A DNA stretch of 63,116 nt, the filler included, from Craspedostauros australis (Eukaryota), in NCBI GenBank assembly GCA_030167865.1. It is 8 parts of 8 records of this genome, joined end to end, with 100 filler letters (N's around TTAATTAATTAA, not from the genome) between each part and the next. Parts side by side here need not be neighbours in the genome. Positions count along the whole stretch, not along the records: positions 1 to 25,849 come from JALAGF010005295.1; 7 more parts are not named here. One strand, written 5' to 3'. Shown one piece after another: positions 9,811 through 21,740 of this stretch. The notes beneath the pieces are model-generated. The model was not told the DNA's origin. It worked only from the letters and a program-made list of their open reading frames with translations, and searched no databases. How positions within the stretch are numbered: the first letter of the stretch is position 1; each line of letters starts with the position of its first letter. Both the position numbers and the translations under genes were made by a program.

Positions 9811-11817
9811 ATGACGCCGACTCTCTCGCAGCACGTGGCCGTGGCCCTGCTGCTGACGATGCCCTGCGTCGATGCATTCTCCGTGCGCGCCAACAATCAG
9901 CAGCAGTTCGCACCTCTCTTCCAAGCACAGCAACGACAGCCGCAACGCACGTGGCTCTCCAAGTTCCGCGATCAAGCCACGCAGGCCATCGGGATGGCCA
10001 GCATCTCCGTGGCCTTGCTGCAGGGTGCGGTCGTGCCGCCGGCTCATGCCAGTGTCGTCGTGCAGCAGCAGCAAGCAGTAGTGCAGCAAGCAGTTGTGCA
10101 ACAAGAAGAGTCCGTCGACAGTATCCTGTCGCATGCAAGATCCGTGCTGGCCGACTTTGACGATCTTCTGCGAGATGATGTGGAGAATGATATTGAACAT
10201 GATGTCGAGAATGATGAGGCTGAGGATGCATACGAACTCTTTCTGCAACACAGTGCTCATGGCTCAGAACAGGAACAGCATGCTGACATGATCGACATCA
10301 GCAGCAGCGACAATGACTTCGATCGCCATGACTATGGCTGGGATGCCTCCTTCGATGCTCTTCTCGCTGAAGGCAACACAGCAACGATACAGACTTCCAT
10401 CCCGGCTGCGTCCAGATCAGCGCTGAAGCAGCATCCGACCTTGGACGATAGCCATGACTCCGACGTCGAAGAAGACATCGATGGCCGCACTGCCTCATCG
10501 TGGTCCAGACCTGCCTTCCTTCGCCGATCGGTCATGGAACCGACGCCCGTCATGAAGCACCACGAAGGCACGTCACAGCAACAACAGCAACCAGAGATGC
10601 TGGCCTCCACGACAAACGCTCAACAGCAACAAGCGCAACAGCAACAGCAACAGCAACAAGAGACGAACACAGCTTCCACCACACAAGAAGACGTTTCCCC
10701 GATGATGCGTCGCATCTCTCTCACGACACCGCAGCTCTCCACAAGAGGCGGCGACAGTTCCATCCTCGCGTCCACGTCCACATCTACGTCCACCACCGCA
10801 TCTCACATGATGAAGCGCGTCGCGGCCGGTGGGGCGCTGGTCAGTGTTCGGCCCATCGCCACCGAAACCCCCGTCACTCTGTCCGATGAATGGATGGAAG
10901 AGTTCCATTGCCAGACCAAGGACTTCACCAACGTGGAGACCACGCTGGTTCCGGAAACCAACATCGCACAACAGCTTGCCGCGGCCGGTCCCAGCGGTGG
11001 CGACGGCAGCTACGATCATGACATCGACACCGTTGATGCGGGGCCCATATCCAGGGTGAGAAAACTCTTTCGCAACAATCCACGTCTTTCCAAAGGCATC
11101 GCCTTTGTGGCAGCTGGCACTGCTGGCGTGATGGTTGGCAAGGCCGTTTACAACAACTGGTTCAAGACTGCGCGTACAGAATCCGTCGTCGACGCCACCA
11201 CCGACGATGTCACCGAAGTCGACATCGCAGTGGAAGCACAGACGATCCAAGAACAACTACAGACGACCACACCCATCCGAACCATCGCGACAAATGCGTT
11301 GGACAGGATCAAGGGTCTCCCATCCATCATCTCCAACACGGTCGTGGCCAACCGCGAGATGCAAGATGCGACTAACCTTCCTACAACGGTAGCTGCGGTC
11401 ACTCTGGGCGGTGGCGTCGGTCTGTTCATGACACGCAAGGAACATGCAGCGACGTCTCTTATGGAGGCCGACGACGACTTCCTTGAGCTCTCCGCTCCTG
11501 CACAAACGCACGATGCCCCCACATCCGATGTCTCCGTCGATGACATCCAGAAACGAGGATGGTCCAAGATCTTTGGCGCGCCCAATCCGCAGATCATGAC
11601 ACCACCTGCGTTCGTGGCCACGCCACAACAGGAGCAATATCCATTAATGGACCGCGACTCCATCCGCGCCCGACAACAACCCAAACCCAAACGAGTCGAA
11701 CGATCCTTGGCACAACGATACGGTCAGATTGAAGACGTGGGCGACCGCGCCTTTCAGATACTGTTGGATTTGGGCATGATCCAAACGACGACCAACGACG
11801 ATGTGGTAATTGCGTAA
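9811..11817 (+). CDS. Plastid (probably thylakoid)-targeted low-complexity protein with one C-terminal RQQPK...DLGM module
   Basis: Start is ATG 9811 or 9787. Leader VAVALLLTMPCVDA|FSV, then a second hydrophobic stretch ending PPAHA. Two later hydrophobic segments, then the module ARQQPKPKRVERSLAQRYGQIEDVGDRAFQILLDLGMI. Confidence 0.82.
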   Translation: MTPTLSQHVAVALLLTMPCVDAFSVRANNQQQFAPLFQAQQRQPQRTWLSKFRDQATQAIGMASISVALLQGAVVPPAHASVVVQQQQAVVQQAVVQQEESVDSILSHARSVLADFDDLLRDDVENDIEHDVENDEAEDAYELFLQHSAHGSEQEQHADMIDISSSDNDFDRHDYGWDASFDALLAEGNTATIQTSIPAASRSALKQHPTLDDSHDSDVEEDIDGRTASSWSRPAFLRRSVMEPTPVMKHHEGTSQQQQQPEMLASTTNAQQQQAQQQQQQQQETNTASTTQEDVSPMMRRISLTTPQLSTRGGDSSILASTSTSTSTTASHMMKRVAAGGALVSVRPIATETPVTLSDEWMEEFHCQTKDFTNVETTLVPETNIAQQLAAAGPSGGDGSYDHDIDTVDAGPISRVRKLFRNNPRLSKGIAFVAAGTAGVMVGKAVYNNWFKTARTESVVDATTDDVTEVDIAVEAQTIQEQLQTTTPIRTIATNALDRIKGLPSIISNTVVANREMQDATNLPTTVAAVTLGGGVGLFMTRKEHAATSLMEADDDFLELSAPAQTHDAPTSDVSVDDIQKRGWSKIFGAPNPQIMTPPAFVATPQQEQYPLMDRDSIRARQQPKPKRVERSLAQRYGQIEDVGDRAFQILLDLGMIQTTTNDDVVIA

Positions 11818-12036
11818 GCAAGCAACGCGCCGTGTGTGAGAATACATGGGATTTTCCGTAAATCCTTTTGCCGCACACGCGCAGATGCCGTGCCATTCCT
11901 TGTCTTGTGTTGTTGTAGAACTGTATCCTAATTGATGTAATGTAATGTAATCGTATCTATGTACCAGTAGCAACAGCAGTATGCACTCGTTCATCACCAC
12001 TCTATGTTGCTGCTGCTATGAACGGCACACGCCCAT

Positions 12037-12792
12037 TCAAGATGCAACGCCCTTGGTCTTCATGTCCGCCCGTTCGCTGGATCTCATGACCGTCTCGGCA
12101 TTCTTGCGATCCACCTCATCCACGCGCACCGCAATCTCTTCCGGCGTGTATCCCGGTATACACTGATTCCGAATCTTCAATCGGTCCATGCACTTGTCAA
12201 TGTCCGACTCGATGTAGATCTTGAGATCAAACATCTCCGGAATCTCCTTCCAACCATCATCTTCATGCAGCAGGTACAACCCTTCGCAGATCACGACGCG
12301 ATGCTGCTTGCGATCAAAGATATGCTTATCAGGCTCCGGATCGCCGACGGCATGATCGAAGGCCGGTACCGTCACCATAGCCTCATCGCCATCGCGGATG
12401 CGCTGCAAATCGTGCAGCAGGGTGCGCGGATCGAATGTGTCTGGCGCACCGCGGCGGTAGATCCTGTCGTCGGCATCGTGCAGCGTCTTGAGATGCGCCA
12501 TCGTGTAGTGGTATCCATCGTGCGGCATGATCATGCATGGCAATTGGAGGGATTCCAAAGCGCTGGCCAGCAGGAAGCAACTGACGGACTTGCCGCTGCC
12601 CGGGATGCCGACGACGCAGACCATGAAGGGTTTGGTCGTACTCGTGTTTTGCAGCGCAGTGTGGATTTGTTGTGCGGCGTCGGCTTCCCATGTCAGTTCG
12701 TAGCAGTTGGATGGTTCCTGCGGCGGCGCAGATTGATCGGTGTTCTGCGGTTCGCGCATCGTCAGATCAGGGATGTGGTGTTTGGCGGTCAT
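12037..12792 (-). CDS. Uridine kinase/PRK-superfamily P-loop kinase (YFH7/YggC-like)
   Basis: Motifs VVGIPGSGKS, PHDGYH, RRGAPDTFD, VPAFDHAVGDP and VICEGLYLL. Confidence 0.9.
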   Translation of the reverse strand: MTAKHHIPDLTMREPQNTDQSAPPQEPSNCYELTWEADAAQQIHTALQNTSTTKPFMVCVVGIPGSGKSVSCFLLASALESLQLPCMIMPHDGYHYTMAHLKTLHDADDRIYRRGAPDTFDPRTLLHDLQRIRDGDEAMVTVPAFDHAVGDPEPDKHIFDRKQHRVVICEGLYLLHEDDGWKEIPEMFDLKIYIESDIDKCMDRLKIRNQCIPGYTPEEIAVRVDEVDRKNAETVMRSSERADMKTKGVAS

Positions 12793-13708
12793 GGTGGAGT
12801 CGTATCGTAGCTATCCTTGATGTTGCTGTTGTGTCTTTGCGATTGATGTTGTTGTTGATGTTGCTTTGTGAGGGGCAACGGACGAGCGCCCAACTTTACA
12901 TAAATGTTCCACCGTGTATCAAGAGAGGCTTCCGTCTGTTTCTGTTCTTGTGCAAGGCGATGGTGCAATTCAAGTGCGAGCGAGAGTGAATACTCGTCTT
13001 CGATCGAATGCTGCCTCCTTTTGCTCCCCTCTTCGGTCGCTCTCTTTTGTGATCAGTTGTCACAGACGTGTGATCCTTGTGATGCATGCAAATGAAGAGA
13101 GTCTCCGAAGAAGAAGATGATGATGCCAATGATGATGATGCCAATGAATGCAGAGTTGAGCAGTCCGAAAATGAACGAGAGTTGCAAGGACAAGCAGCCG
13201 CGATCACAAGATGGACGGAAGCAAGAGGAAGAATACCAATGCTCCGCACTGGTGCAGCACTCGTAAAGTTGATGCAGTGCCCGACGAAGATGAAACCGCA
13301 CCGCGTTGCAACGATGATGCCGTGGACGATGGCGGCACAGCAGAAGAGAGGTGTCTGTTCTGACTTGAACGAGAGTTGACGTCAACGAAAAACACGGATA
13401 CCATCTTCACCACGCTCTTGTTCTTTTTGGAACGTCTTCGAATCGACGTCATGCAATCGGTTCAGTCGAACTCACGGGGAATCGATCGTGAATGGCTTCA
13501 ATTTGAACAAATCTTCTTTTTCCCTTGTTGGGTTCTGGATGTGACATTGTTGCTGCGACCGACAACTGCAACGTCGGTGACAACGATGGCGACGCTGATG
13601 ATGTTGAGGTTGATGATCCGCTTCGATGATCGGCGCTTCTTCTTCCCAGAGGATCTATCCATCGAACTTCCACAAGCATAATACCAGCTATCCAAATCCG
13701 TTTGAAGA

Positions 13709-14608
13709 ATGAGGTCGTGCCGCTCCAGTTCTCTTTCTGCTGCGACAGCTTCTGCCATGGTTGCCGTTGTGACGGTCGCCGTGGTGATGCTGCAATGTAG
13801 CATGGCAGATGCCTTCGTGCAACACAGTCAACCATCCTTCGTCTCGTCATCCATCCAGCAACGATCGGCTGCATTCCCGGCCTTGAAGGCATCCCCAAAT
13901 GACAACGACGAGAACAGCGACAGCACGAAAGCTGCTGACATGAACGGCGTTGAAGAATACAAGAACGTCGCCACGAAGGTCCTGTCCAACTTCATGCAGG
14001 AGGAGGACAGCGAGGAAGCCATCGAAGACCCGCTCGATCAGATCGACTGGAACAACACCCCCAAGATCCCACCCACAACGACGCTGGCCACCTTGGCGCA
14101 GGCCCTCGACTACGAATTGACGCAACGCGAGTGGTTCGTCACGGGCGACGTCAATCCAGCCTACTTCGCCGACACGTTCGAATTCCAGGATCCCGACGTC
14201 CAGCTCAAGGGCATCGAGGCCTACGCGCGTGGGGTGCGCAAATTGTTCAATCAGAAGACGGCGCGCGCCGAGATCATCGAGACGGTCGTCAATGCGGACG
14301 GTGGCATCACGTGCACGTGGCGGTTGTCGGGTGATATCAACATCGGATTCAACGGTCTGCCCATCAAGCCGTACATCTGTTACACGGACTTCACGGTCGA
14401 TACGGAGACGAGCCTCATCACGCAGCAGGAAGATCGATTTGATATTCCGCAGTGGGATATTCTGTTGAGCAGCCTGTTTCCATTTTTGATTGGCACGGTG
14501 ACGTCGGAGCCGGCGCCGCCCGTTGCCAAGCGTGGAGGCTTGGTCATGCCCCGATTGGGTGGTGGGAAAAATTCCATGCGAGTTTTGCAGACGCTATTCG
14601 GCAAGTAG
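13709..14608 (+). CDS. Plastid-targeted SnoaL/NTF2-like (DUF2358-like) protein
   Basis: Leader ...MLQCSMADA|FVQ (alternative start 13757). Domain motifs WFVTGDV...YF...FEFQDPDV.L.GIEAY...ITCTWRLSG. Confidence 0.8.
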   Translation: MRSCRSSSLSAATASAMVAVVTVAVVMLQCSMADAFVQHSQPSFVSSSIQQRSAAFPALKASPNDNDENSDSTKAADMNGVEEYKNVATKVLSNFMQEEDSEEAIEDPLDQIDWNNTPKIPPTTTLATLAQALDYELTQREWFVTGDVNPAYFADTFEFQDPDVQLKGIEAYARGVRKLFNQKTARAEIIETVVNADGGITCTWRLSGDINIGFNGLPIKPYICYTDFTVDTETSLITQQEDRFDIPQWDILLSSLFPFLIGTVTSEPAPPVAKRGGLVMPRLGGGKNSMRVLQTLFGK

Positions 14609-15280
14609 CTTGCGATTGTATGGGCGGTGTTTGGGAAGAGGGCATGGTGCGCGATTCACAGGGTTTGCAGCTCGCAGTTATCGCATAGTCACACGAGGTA
14701 GTTGTACTGCGGGAAACTCCCAGCGTACTCCGATACGTAGTAGCGCTGTTCAGCACGGATGATGCTTAAGGCATGTAATACATAATAGAATTGCTGTTAA
14801 AATTTGCTGCCAAGTGTTACCAAATCTTATCATTGATCGCAGTGCTGTGCACATCGGGGGTGCTCTGTGTTCATTGGAGCACTCTATTACGCTGTATTCA
14901 TCATCCATAGATAGATACAACACGGCGATTGTCATCTTCAACCTGCTTGTTCGTTGGTTGGCTTGTTTGTCCATCTTTCCGGACATCCTTGGCTTTGTTC
15001 ATTTGTTCCATCGTTTGTGTTCGCGGCCATCAGATCAAAGTCGGGAGAGAGTAGCGCTTCTTTGTTGCCGTCATGGCTGTCGACCTGTCGAGTGCGCGCT
15101 CCTACTCCTTCTCCTCTCACCGCAAAGAGCAAGGGAGAGCAGTGAATCGCGAGAATGGTCATAGTAGTCGTGCTGCTGAATCATGCATACTACAATTGCG
15201 TGAAGCGCTCCATCTACGATACATACTATCCTCTATAGTATGAGTATGTATGGCACGTGTAATAGAGTTCTGCATCGACT

Positions 15281-16506
15281 CTATTTGGATTTCATGGCGA
15301 AGCTTTCTGTGAATTCCTTGGCGCGTTTCAATGCCTCCGGCTCATTCTTCTTCCATACCTCGGCAACATCATTGTCCAGCGGATCATCTGGATTGGGCGC
15401 GCTCAGCAACGCCTGGATGGACAGAAGGACGGTGCGGATCTGCAGGGCCGGGCTCCACTTATCCTTGAGGATGTCCAAGCAGATGCGTCCCAGCTTGTCG
15501 ACGTTGGGGTGGTAGATTTTGGTGAGGAATCGGACCTTGGGCGGTGCCATGGGGTAGTCGGCGGGGAGGAACAGCTCCAGCTGGAAGACTCCCTTCTCGT
15601 ATGGTGAATCCTGCGGCCCTTCGATGGCGACAGCGAAATATCTCAGATTGTCCTGGTACGGCGTGGCGCTGATGCCGGCGACTGGTTCTGCGATCAGTCG
15701 CTGTGTCTCCTGCGGGCGCGTAATTGCGGTGGCGGAGTAGTTTGGCAATGCAACCATATTGTCATGCACATTGGTGTATGCCACAGAATGAGAGTGTACC
15801 ACCGCAGAAGAGGAGCGCCGAGTTGGAAGCGTGGGCATCGAATGAATAATCGAGCATTTAGAAATCCGATGGAACCGAATAACGTGACGGCATTCGTTCG
15901 ATTGCACAATGCAATATCATGCCGAGTCCATGGTTTGTATGCGTCAATGCATGTGATTGTAAATGTGAATGTGAGAAGGAGGGCACAAGATCATTGGTTT
16001 GGAAGGTGTGATGGTGAGCGAAATGAGAAAGATGTTCGTTAGTTGCTTGCACATGCGAGTAGTGGAGAGTAGAGAGTTGAGGACTCCACTCCACTCCACT
16101 CCACTCTGCTCTGCTCCACTGCCATTGCCTCAATTTTCAGACCAATACCAGGAGATGGTGCAGAGCATGGCGCAGGTATTGGTACCTTGTGAGCCTATCG
16201 TGGGATCCGCAATGAGATTTTGGGGCCAAGAAAGGGCCTCTCGCTGCGAAGCTTCGTGGTGCAATTGCCAGCCAACTTGGTTTACGTCATCCACGGCGAA
16301 GAGCTTTGGGCGATGGAACGCTTGGATCTGTCAATCATGGAACATGGCATGTCCATCCTTCAAAGATTGCGCAGATGTGTGGGTCGTCGCTGCGGCAGCG
16401 ATGAGTTTCTCTGGAAACGCAACAATGTCCGCGTTGTTCTCTTGGATCGAGGCGAATGACTTGACGGACGTACCTTGACGATGCGGCGTGGGAGTGTGCT
16501 GGTCAT
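15281..16506 (-). CDS. UBC13: Ubiquitin-conjugating enzyme E2 N (Ubc13); exons 16506-16474 and 15709-15281, 153 aa
   Basis: Exon 1 [16 protein letters not shown] splices to [12 protein letters not shown]. Motifs [64 protein letters not shown]. Confidence 0.95.
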
Positions 16507-17240
16507 GATTTCGATTCTGTGTTGTTCAGTGCAAAGCAAAGCAATGGAATGTTTGATGGAGTGATGGGGTTCGGAGAGTGGTGTTGGTTGCGATGCGCCG
16601 TATGAGCTACTCTGCTGAAAGCCAAGATGAAGCGGCTGATTGACTAATCGTTGTCTCGTGCACGGATAGTTTGTCTCTTCTCTTCGTTCTTCTCGTCTTG
16701 CTGCTCACAAACGATGGGAAGAAAGCAAACACCGGAAAGGGTCGGGACATGCGGCAGCGTGACTTTGTCATTGTGCTGTTGCCGCCATGGTCGCCTCGTG
16801 TTTTTTGTTCCAGGATTTGTTCGCCCGGCAAACTCGGCGACTCGAACCACGCGATTCAAACACGCCCATCGATTCATTCGAATTCAACCCGGCGATGTGC
16901 CTGTCCGTATGTACGTCGTATCTTTCCTTTCTGTTCCCGAGCCATCACGAACACCATCATCGACCACGCAACACTCGGTGAGCACAGGACGACCATGGCA
17001 CCGTTTGGGATCTGCACAGAGACACCACACGAATCCGGTGAATAGCGCTGCTGCGGCCTCACATCCCTGGCTGACTTCAAACCCACACCTCTGTTGCGAA
17101 CAACCACGGGCGATCTCTGCACTCGGGAGTATTGTTGTAGCGTGCATACTTGAACTCGTATTCGTATTCGTACTGAATTCGTGCACGTATTATACATACA
17201 TATTATACATACATATTATACCTATCATACGACGGAACAA

Positions 17241-17996
17241 ATGGGAAAGTTCAAGGGCATGAACGCCAAGGCGGCAGCCGCCGTCGAGAAGAAGGCGCAG
17301 AACGATGCCGTGAAGAACGCCAAATCGGCCGCCGACAAAGAACGACAGACGCAGCAGGAATGGTCCGTCGGCGCCAACAACCGCGGTACCAAGCGTGCCG
17401 AATCCGCCGCTGCCAAGGCCGACGAGGCTGCGCGCAAACGGCAGGAGAAGGCCGCGTTGCTGGCCGAGGAGGAGGCCAACTTGGGACCCGGCGGCAAGGT
17501 CAAGCGCACGTCGGCGCTCAGCAAGAAGAAGAAGAAAGGAAACGACCTCAGCCTGCTCGAGGATGCGCTCGTGGGCGCCGCCGACAAGAAGGTCAAGGCC
17601 AAGAAACGGGCCGAGCGTGAGAAGCAGGAGAAGCTGAAGCAGGAGCGTCTCAAGAAGGAGGAAGCAGACGCCGCGAAGGTCGTCGATCCGCTGCTGGCCA
17701 ACACGAATGCGATGCTCGCCGGCACCGAAGATCAGCTGGTGGGACGCGCTGCCAACAAGGCCATGGATGAGGATGGTGTGGCGGCCAGCGGTCTGGACGG
17801 CGCCTTGAATTCTCTCAGCCTGTCCGGTGGTGGCGAGCAGATACGCAGCGCCAAGGCGTTGTACAAGGCATTCGAGCAGCGGATGATGCCAGAAATGAAG
17901 GAGGATTACCCAGGTCTCAAGCTTTCGCAGTACAAGGAAAAGATCTTCAATCTGTGGAAGAAATCACCGGAGAATCCTGCGAATCGGCCCTCGTGA
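17241..17996 (+). CDS. CCDC124: CCDC124/Lso2-family coiled-coil protein
   Basis: N-terminus MGKFKGMNAKAAAA...W..GAN.R. C-terminal KALYKAFEQRMMPEMKEDYPGLKLSQYKEKIFNLWKKSPENP motif. Confidence 0.88.
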   Translation: MGKFKGMNAKAAAAVEKKAQNDAVKNAKSAADKERQTQQEWSVGANNRGTKRAESAAAKADEAARKRQEKAALLAEEEANLGPGGKVKRTSALSKKKKKGNDLSLLEDALVGAADKKVKAKKRAEREKQEKLKQERLKKEEADAAKVVDPLLANTNAMLAGTEDQLVGRAANKAMDEDGVAASGLDGALNSLSLSGGGEQIRSAKALYKAFEQRMMPEMKEDYPGLKLSQYKEKIFNLWKKSPENPANRPS

Positions 17997-20900
17997 TGGA
18001 TGGCTCCAACGATGGCGGTTCCACGGGGGCTCAATGGCGGAGAAATGGCCGGAGTGCGCCTATTCCGTGACACACCTGTACCACGAGCCGGGAGTGACAC
18101 AATTCAGCTGCCTGTGCATGAATTACTCCCATGTTTCTTCTGCAGGCAGAGCACTGTCTTGCTTATCCCGATCTCGGTTGAAGTCTTTGTATTTCACACG
18201 TTATGCGTCGTGGTTGGCGCCTTGGCGCTTTGTGTGTCATTAGAATGACTGTGGAAGTACCGGCACAGCCATACGTCCTCTCTCTCTCCAGTATAAGTGG
18301 GCATGGCTGCGAATACCCCGCGGATGGAAGTTGCTCTCTTGCTTCCAGTGATTGTTGCTCCTGGCGCAAACATGAAGGAAGCCACATGAAATTCGCTCAG
18401 TTGTTTCCGTACTCGTTCTTATTGGTAGCTCATAGAGTACTGTAACAAACTCTCACGGAGATTCCTTGGGATTTATTCTATTCTATTCAATAAGCTGCGC
18501 ATTTTAATGTAGAATACCTGCGTGTGGTGTGAGCACGATTGCTGCACTGCTCCTTGCTCTTCATGTTCGTGCGTGTGTGGCACCGCATCGCATGGGACCA
18601 TCAGCAGCGGGTCGTGGTCGGCTCGTATCAGTATTCATTCTGATGAACGGCACGACTCACTGTTGCGTGTCGTGGAGCACGCGCAATTGGTACGACCATT
18701 CGTACCTTTGCGAGGCCAAGGAGAGACGCGAGGAAACGCGGCAGGTTGGACATTCTTGGATGACCTGGGCCTTGTTGAACTTGGCTGGGTTGGTTTGATT
18801 GGGTTCGGTTTGTGTTGCGAACGGAGTGGTTGAGCCAAGACTCGTTTTGATGTCGAAAGTTGAGCAGAACATCCGTTTCATGAGGGTGATCTTCCTGCTG
18901 CGTCGACATCGCGAGGTGTTGGCCGAAGGCAACATCCACAAGGGCCGGACACGTCTCCCCTGTGATGTTGCGAATCTGTCTGTGCCGTCTCTGCTGTTCC
19001 AAACAAGACAGCGCACAAGATCAAAAATCGAGTAGATTTAACATTGATAAACTGTCGACATCACGAGATGGGCTTGGGAGGGAGCTGTTCTTCACAACAG
19101 CACAACATAAGGGACCGCATCACAGTCTCTCATTGCCTCCTGCGGGGTGGCGGATCAGATGCGCGTGCTTTCTATGGAGAAGTGTGGAAAAGCTAATCCT
19201 TCACGTGATGTTTTGAAGTGTGTTGGCTCTGATACGACGAGGAGTATGGTATTCTGCAAGCTACGCCATTGTGAGCACCTTCATGAATGATGTTGTTGTT
19301 CGTGCCCAGATGGCGATACCAACAATGCGATGAAGGCGCACCCTCGTGGTCGTATCACTCCATACAATTGAGAGGGTGGGCATGGTAGGAAAGTACAGTC
19401 GGAACAGTTTGGCACGGCACGCAAGTTCGTGCGTCGGCAGCACAGGTACATGAATTGATCCGAGAGCACCGCTTGTATTTCTCCGCCGCGATGTTGTTGC
19501 GTCTTGGTAGAGGAGGTGGTTTGTTTCATTAATCTCTTTGCGCTTCTCCTCCTCCCACTCCTCATCCTGTCCCGACTGGTGCAAGCTGACGTGGGGGTGA
19601 CTGTGATTGTAAATTCCCGACGGAGCAAATCATCTGTCCATCGCTCGTACGGATGTTCATACGGCTATCAGTACACATGGGTGTTGTGCGTGCCTTGCGC
19701 GGACAATCTCCATAGCCGACCTCTCTTTGGAGACCCAGAGTCGGAGCACGAAGTTTGTGGCAAGGAGAAAAACTGCTACAGGGATGATCAGCAGAGAACA
19801 TGTCGAAAGTGAACGTTCGCAGCAGCGCGTTTACCTCCATGTTTGGAGACGACGCCGTCACTGCGGGTACCGCGATTGCACTTCGTTCACGTGTTGGTCA
19901 CGCAAAGATGGTCTGTTGTTCAGCGCTGCAGCGAAAGAGAAGCCCCAGAGCGGCTTTTGCTATCGCTCCATCCTCGACGTTTTCCGCCGATGTGTTTGCG
20001 CTTTCGATGTCGGCACCTCCCGCTGCTACTCGTTGTAGTTGTGTGCCCCTGTCTGTCATTGACCGCCCATGGTTGCTGCGGACCAACGTTGCTACGGACC
20101 AACGTTTCTATCACAGGGCATTCCCTCTCCGGCGTCGCGGCAACCAACATCCCAGCCCGCAGGCATGCCCTACATCGGTCTATCACCTCCGCTTTGTTCA
20201 ACAACCATGCCTTGCCTTTGCCCCTGCGCATCCCCATTCCCATGCCCACTCCCATGCCCACTCCCATGCCCATTCCAATGTCAATACAGCTAAACCGAAT
20301 GAGGTCTGCTTGGCGGCATGAAAAGTGCATCGGTCCCGCTGCTGGCGTTGAACCTAGCTTTGGCATGGACCAACAATTCATGTCGGTGATGGCCTCGATG
20401 GCGTTGCGCCCATCCAACATCGCCGAGGTTTGCGTGCGCATGAAACACAAACGGGAACAAACGCAGCGGGGTACAAGAGTGCTCCTCCACAAATGGTCGC
20501 GATTTGCGTGGACGGACGGATGGATAGTTGGTGAGTTGGTGAGTTGGTTGGTTGGTTGGTTAGGGACTTATGGTTCGATGGTTAATCAGTTGGTTGGACC
20601 AAGGAACGGACTATTGCACTTGGAGACTACGGCTCCAGAGATCGACTCCACCTGGTTGACGTGCGCGCCATTGCATAGGTCAGAGTTGAGAAGAGTGGAG
20701 CTCTTACTCCTCTGGTGCAGGTACGCACAGCCTCCGTTTAATACACGACACAAAAAGCAAGCGAGGACTGATCCTGACAACTCCGTGGTCGCAACCAAGA
20801 CCTCCGACACGAATGACGGGCGAAGCCCCATGGCGAGGCCGTTCTCCTTCTGTGTACTTGTTTTGTCCAAGTGAGATTCCGGTGTTATCTCGGTTGCCGG

Positions 20901-21740
20901 ATCATGCTTCGCAGTGTCTTGTGTGGCTCTCGCTTGTATTGAAGCCCTCGCGATTGACACAGAGGACCTATTTCCGTCAAAGTTGCCAGATCAAGTCTTG
21001 CCTTCTGCAGACGTACCATGCCACATCCGCAAACGAATGCCGTGGGGCAAAGAAGCCGCGCCACATTTTGTCAACAAACTATCACCCAGTCATCTCGTCG
21101 GCATCGCCCTCCCTGCGTCTCTGACTCTTGCTCTCTTCAGACGCTGCATGAACTACAGGGCCATGTGCAAGTCCAGAGAGGCAGCTCATGATCCTGCTTT
21201 ATCACACCCACGTCAGGCAAAATGGAAATACAAAGAGCCCCTGGTGATTGTCCGATGATTCCATCAGTCGGTGTTCCTCACCTTCAACCATCCCACCAAA
21301 CATCCTCCTTCCGTCCACACCTCTTTTCACTCACTTCATCCATACTCACGGAAGTGCCGCCTCGCCAACCCGCGCCCCATTCTCATGTGGACAGACAGAC
21401 CCAGCACAACATCAGTCTGTGGGCCACCAAACTCGCAACATCACAAGAGTTTGCGCGTCGGGGCAATCTTGTTCTCGCTGTTGCGACCTTAAACACCCTT
21501 GCCCAAGTGATTGTTTGGCATCACAACTCAGACCTTGCGGTTGCATCCTCACAAAATCACAAACCTCCACGGAAACAAACACCAACATTTCCACGGAAAG
21601 AACGACGACGACTCCTGCTGCGGCGGCAACGGTAAGCGCAACGCGAACGTCGATGCTCACAAATACAAACAAGCACAAGCACAAACACCAACACCAACAC
21701 AAGCACAAGCATACACAGAAGCACATCCACGAGCAAAATC

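Noticed and set aside
18000..21740. Several 100-340 aa ORFs, including 19843-20874
   Set aside because: No recognisable motifs. They are driven by simple repeats (CCCATG/CCCACT, TTGG, CACAAG) and are probably intergenic or UTR.
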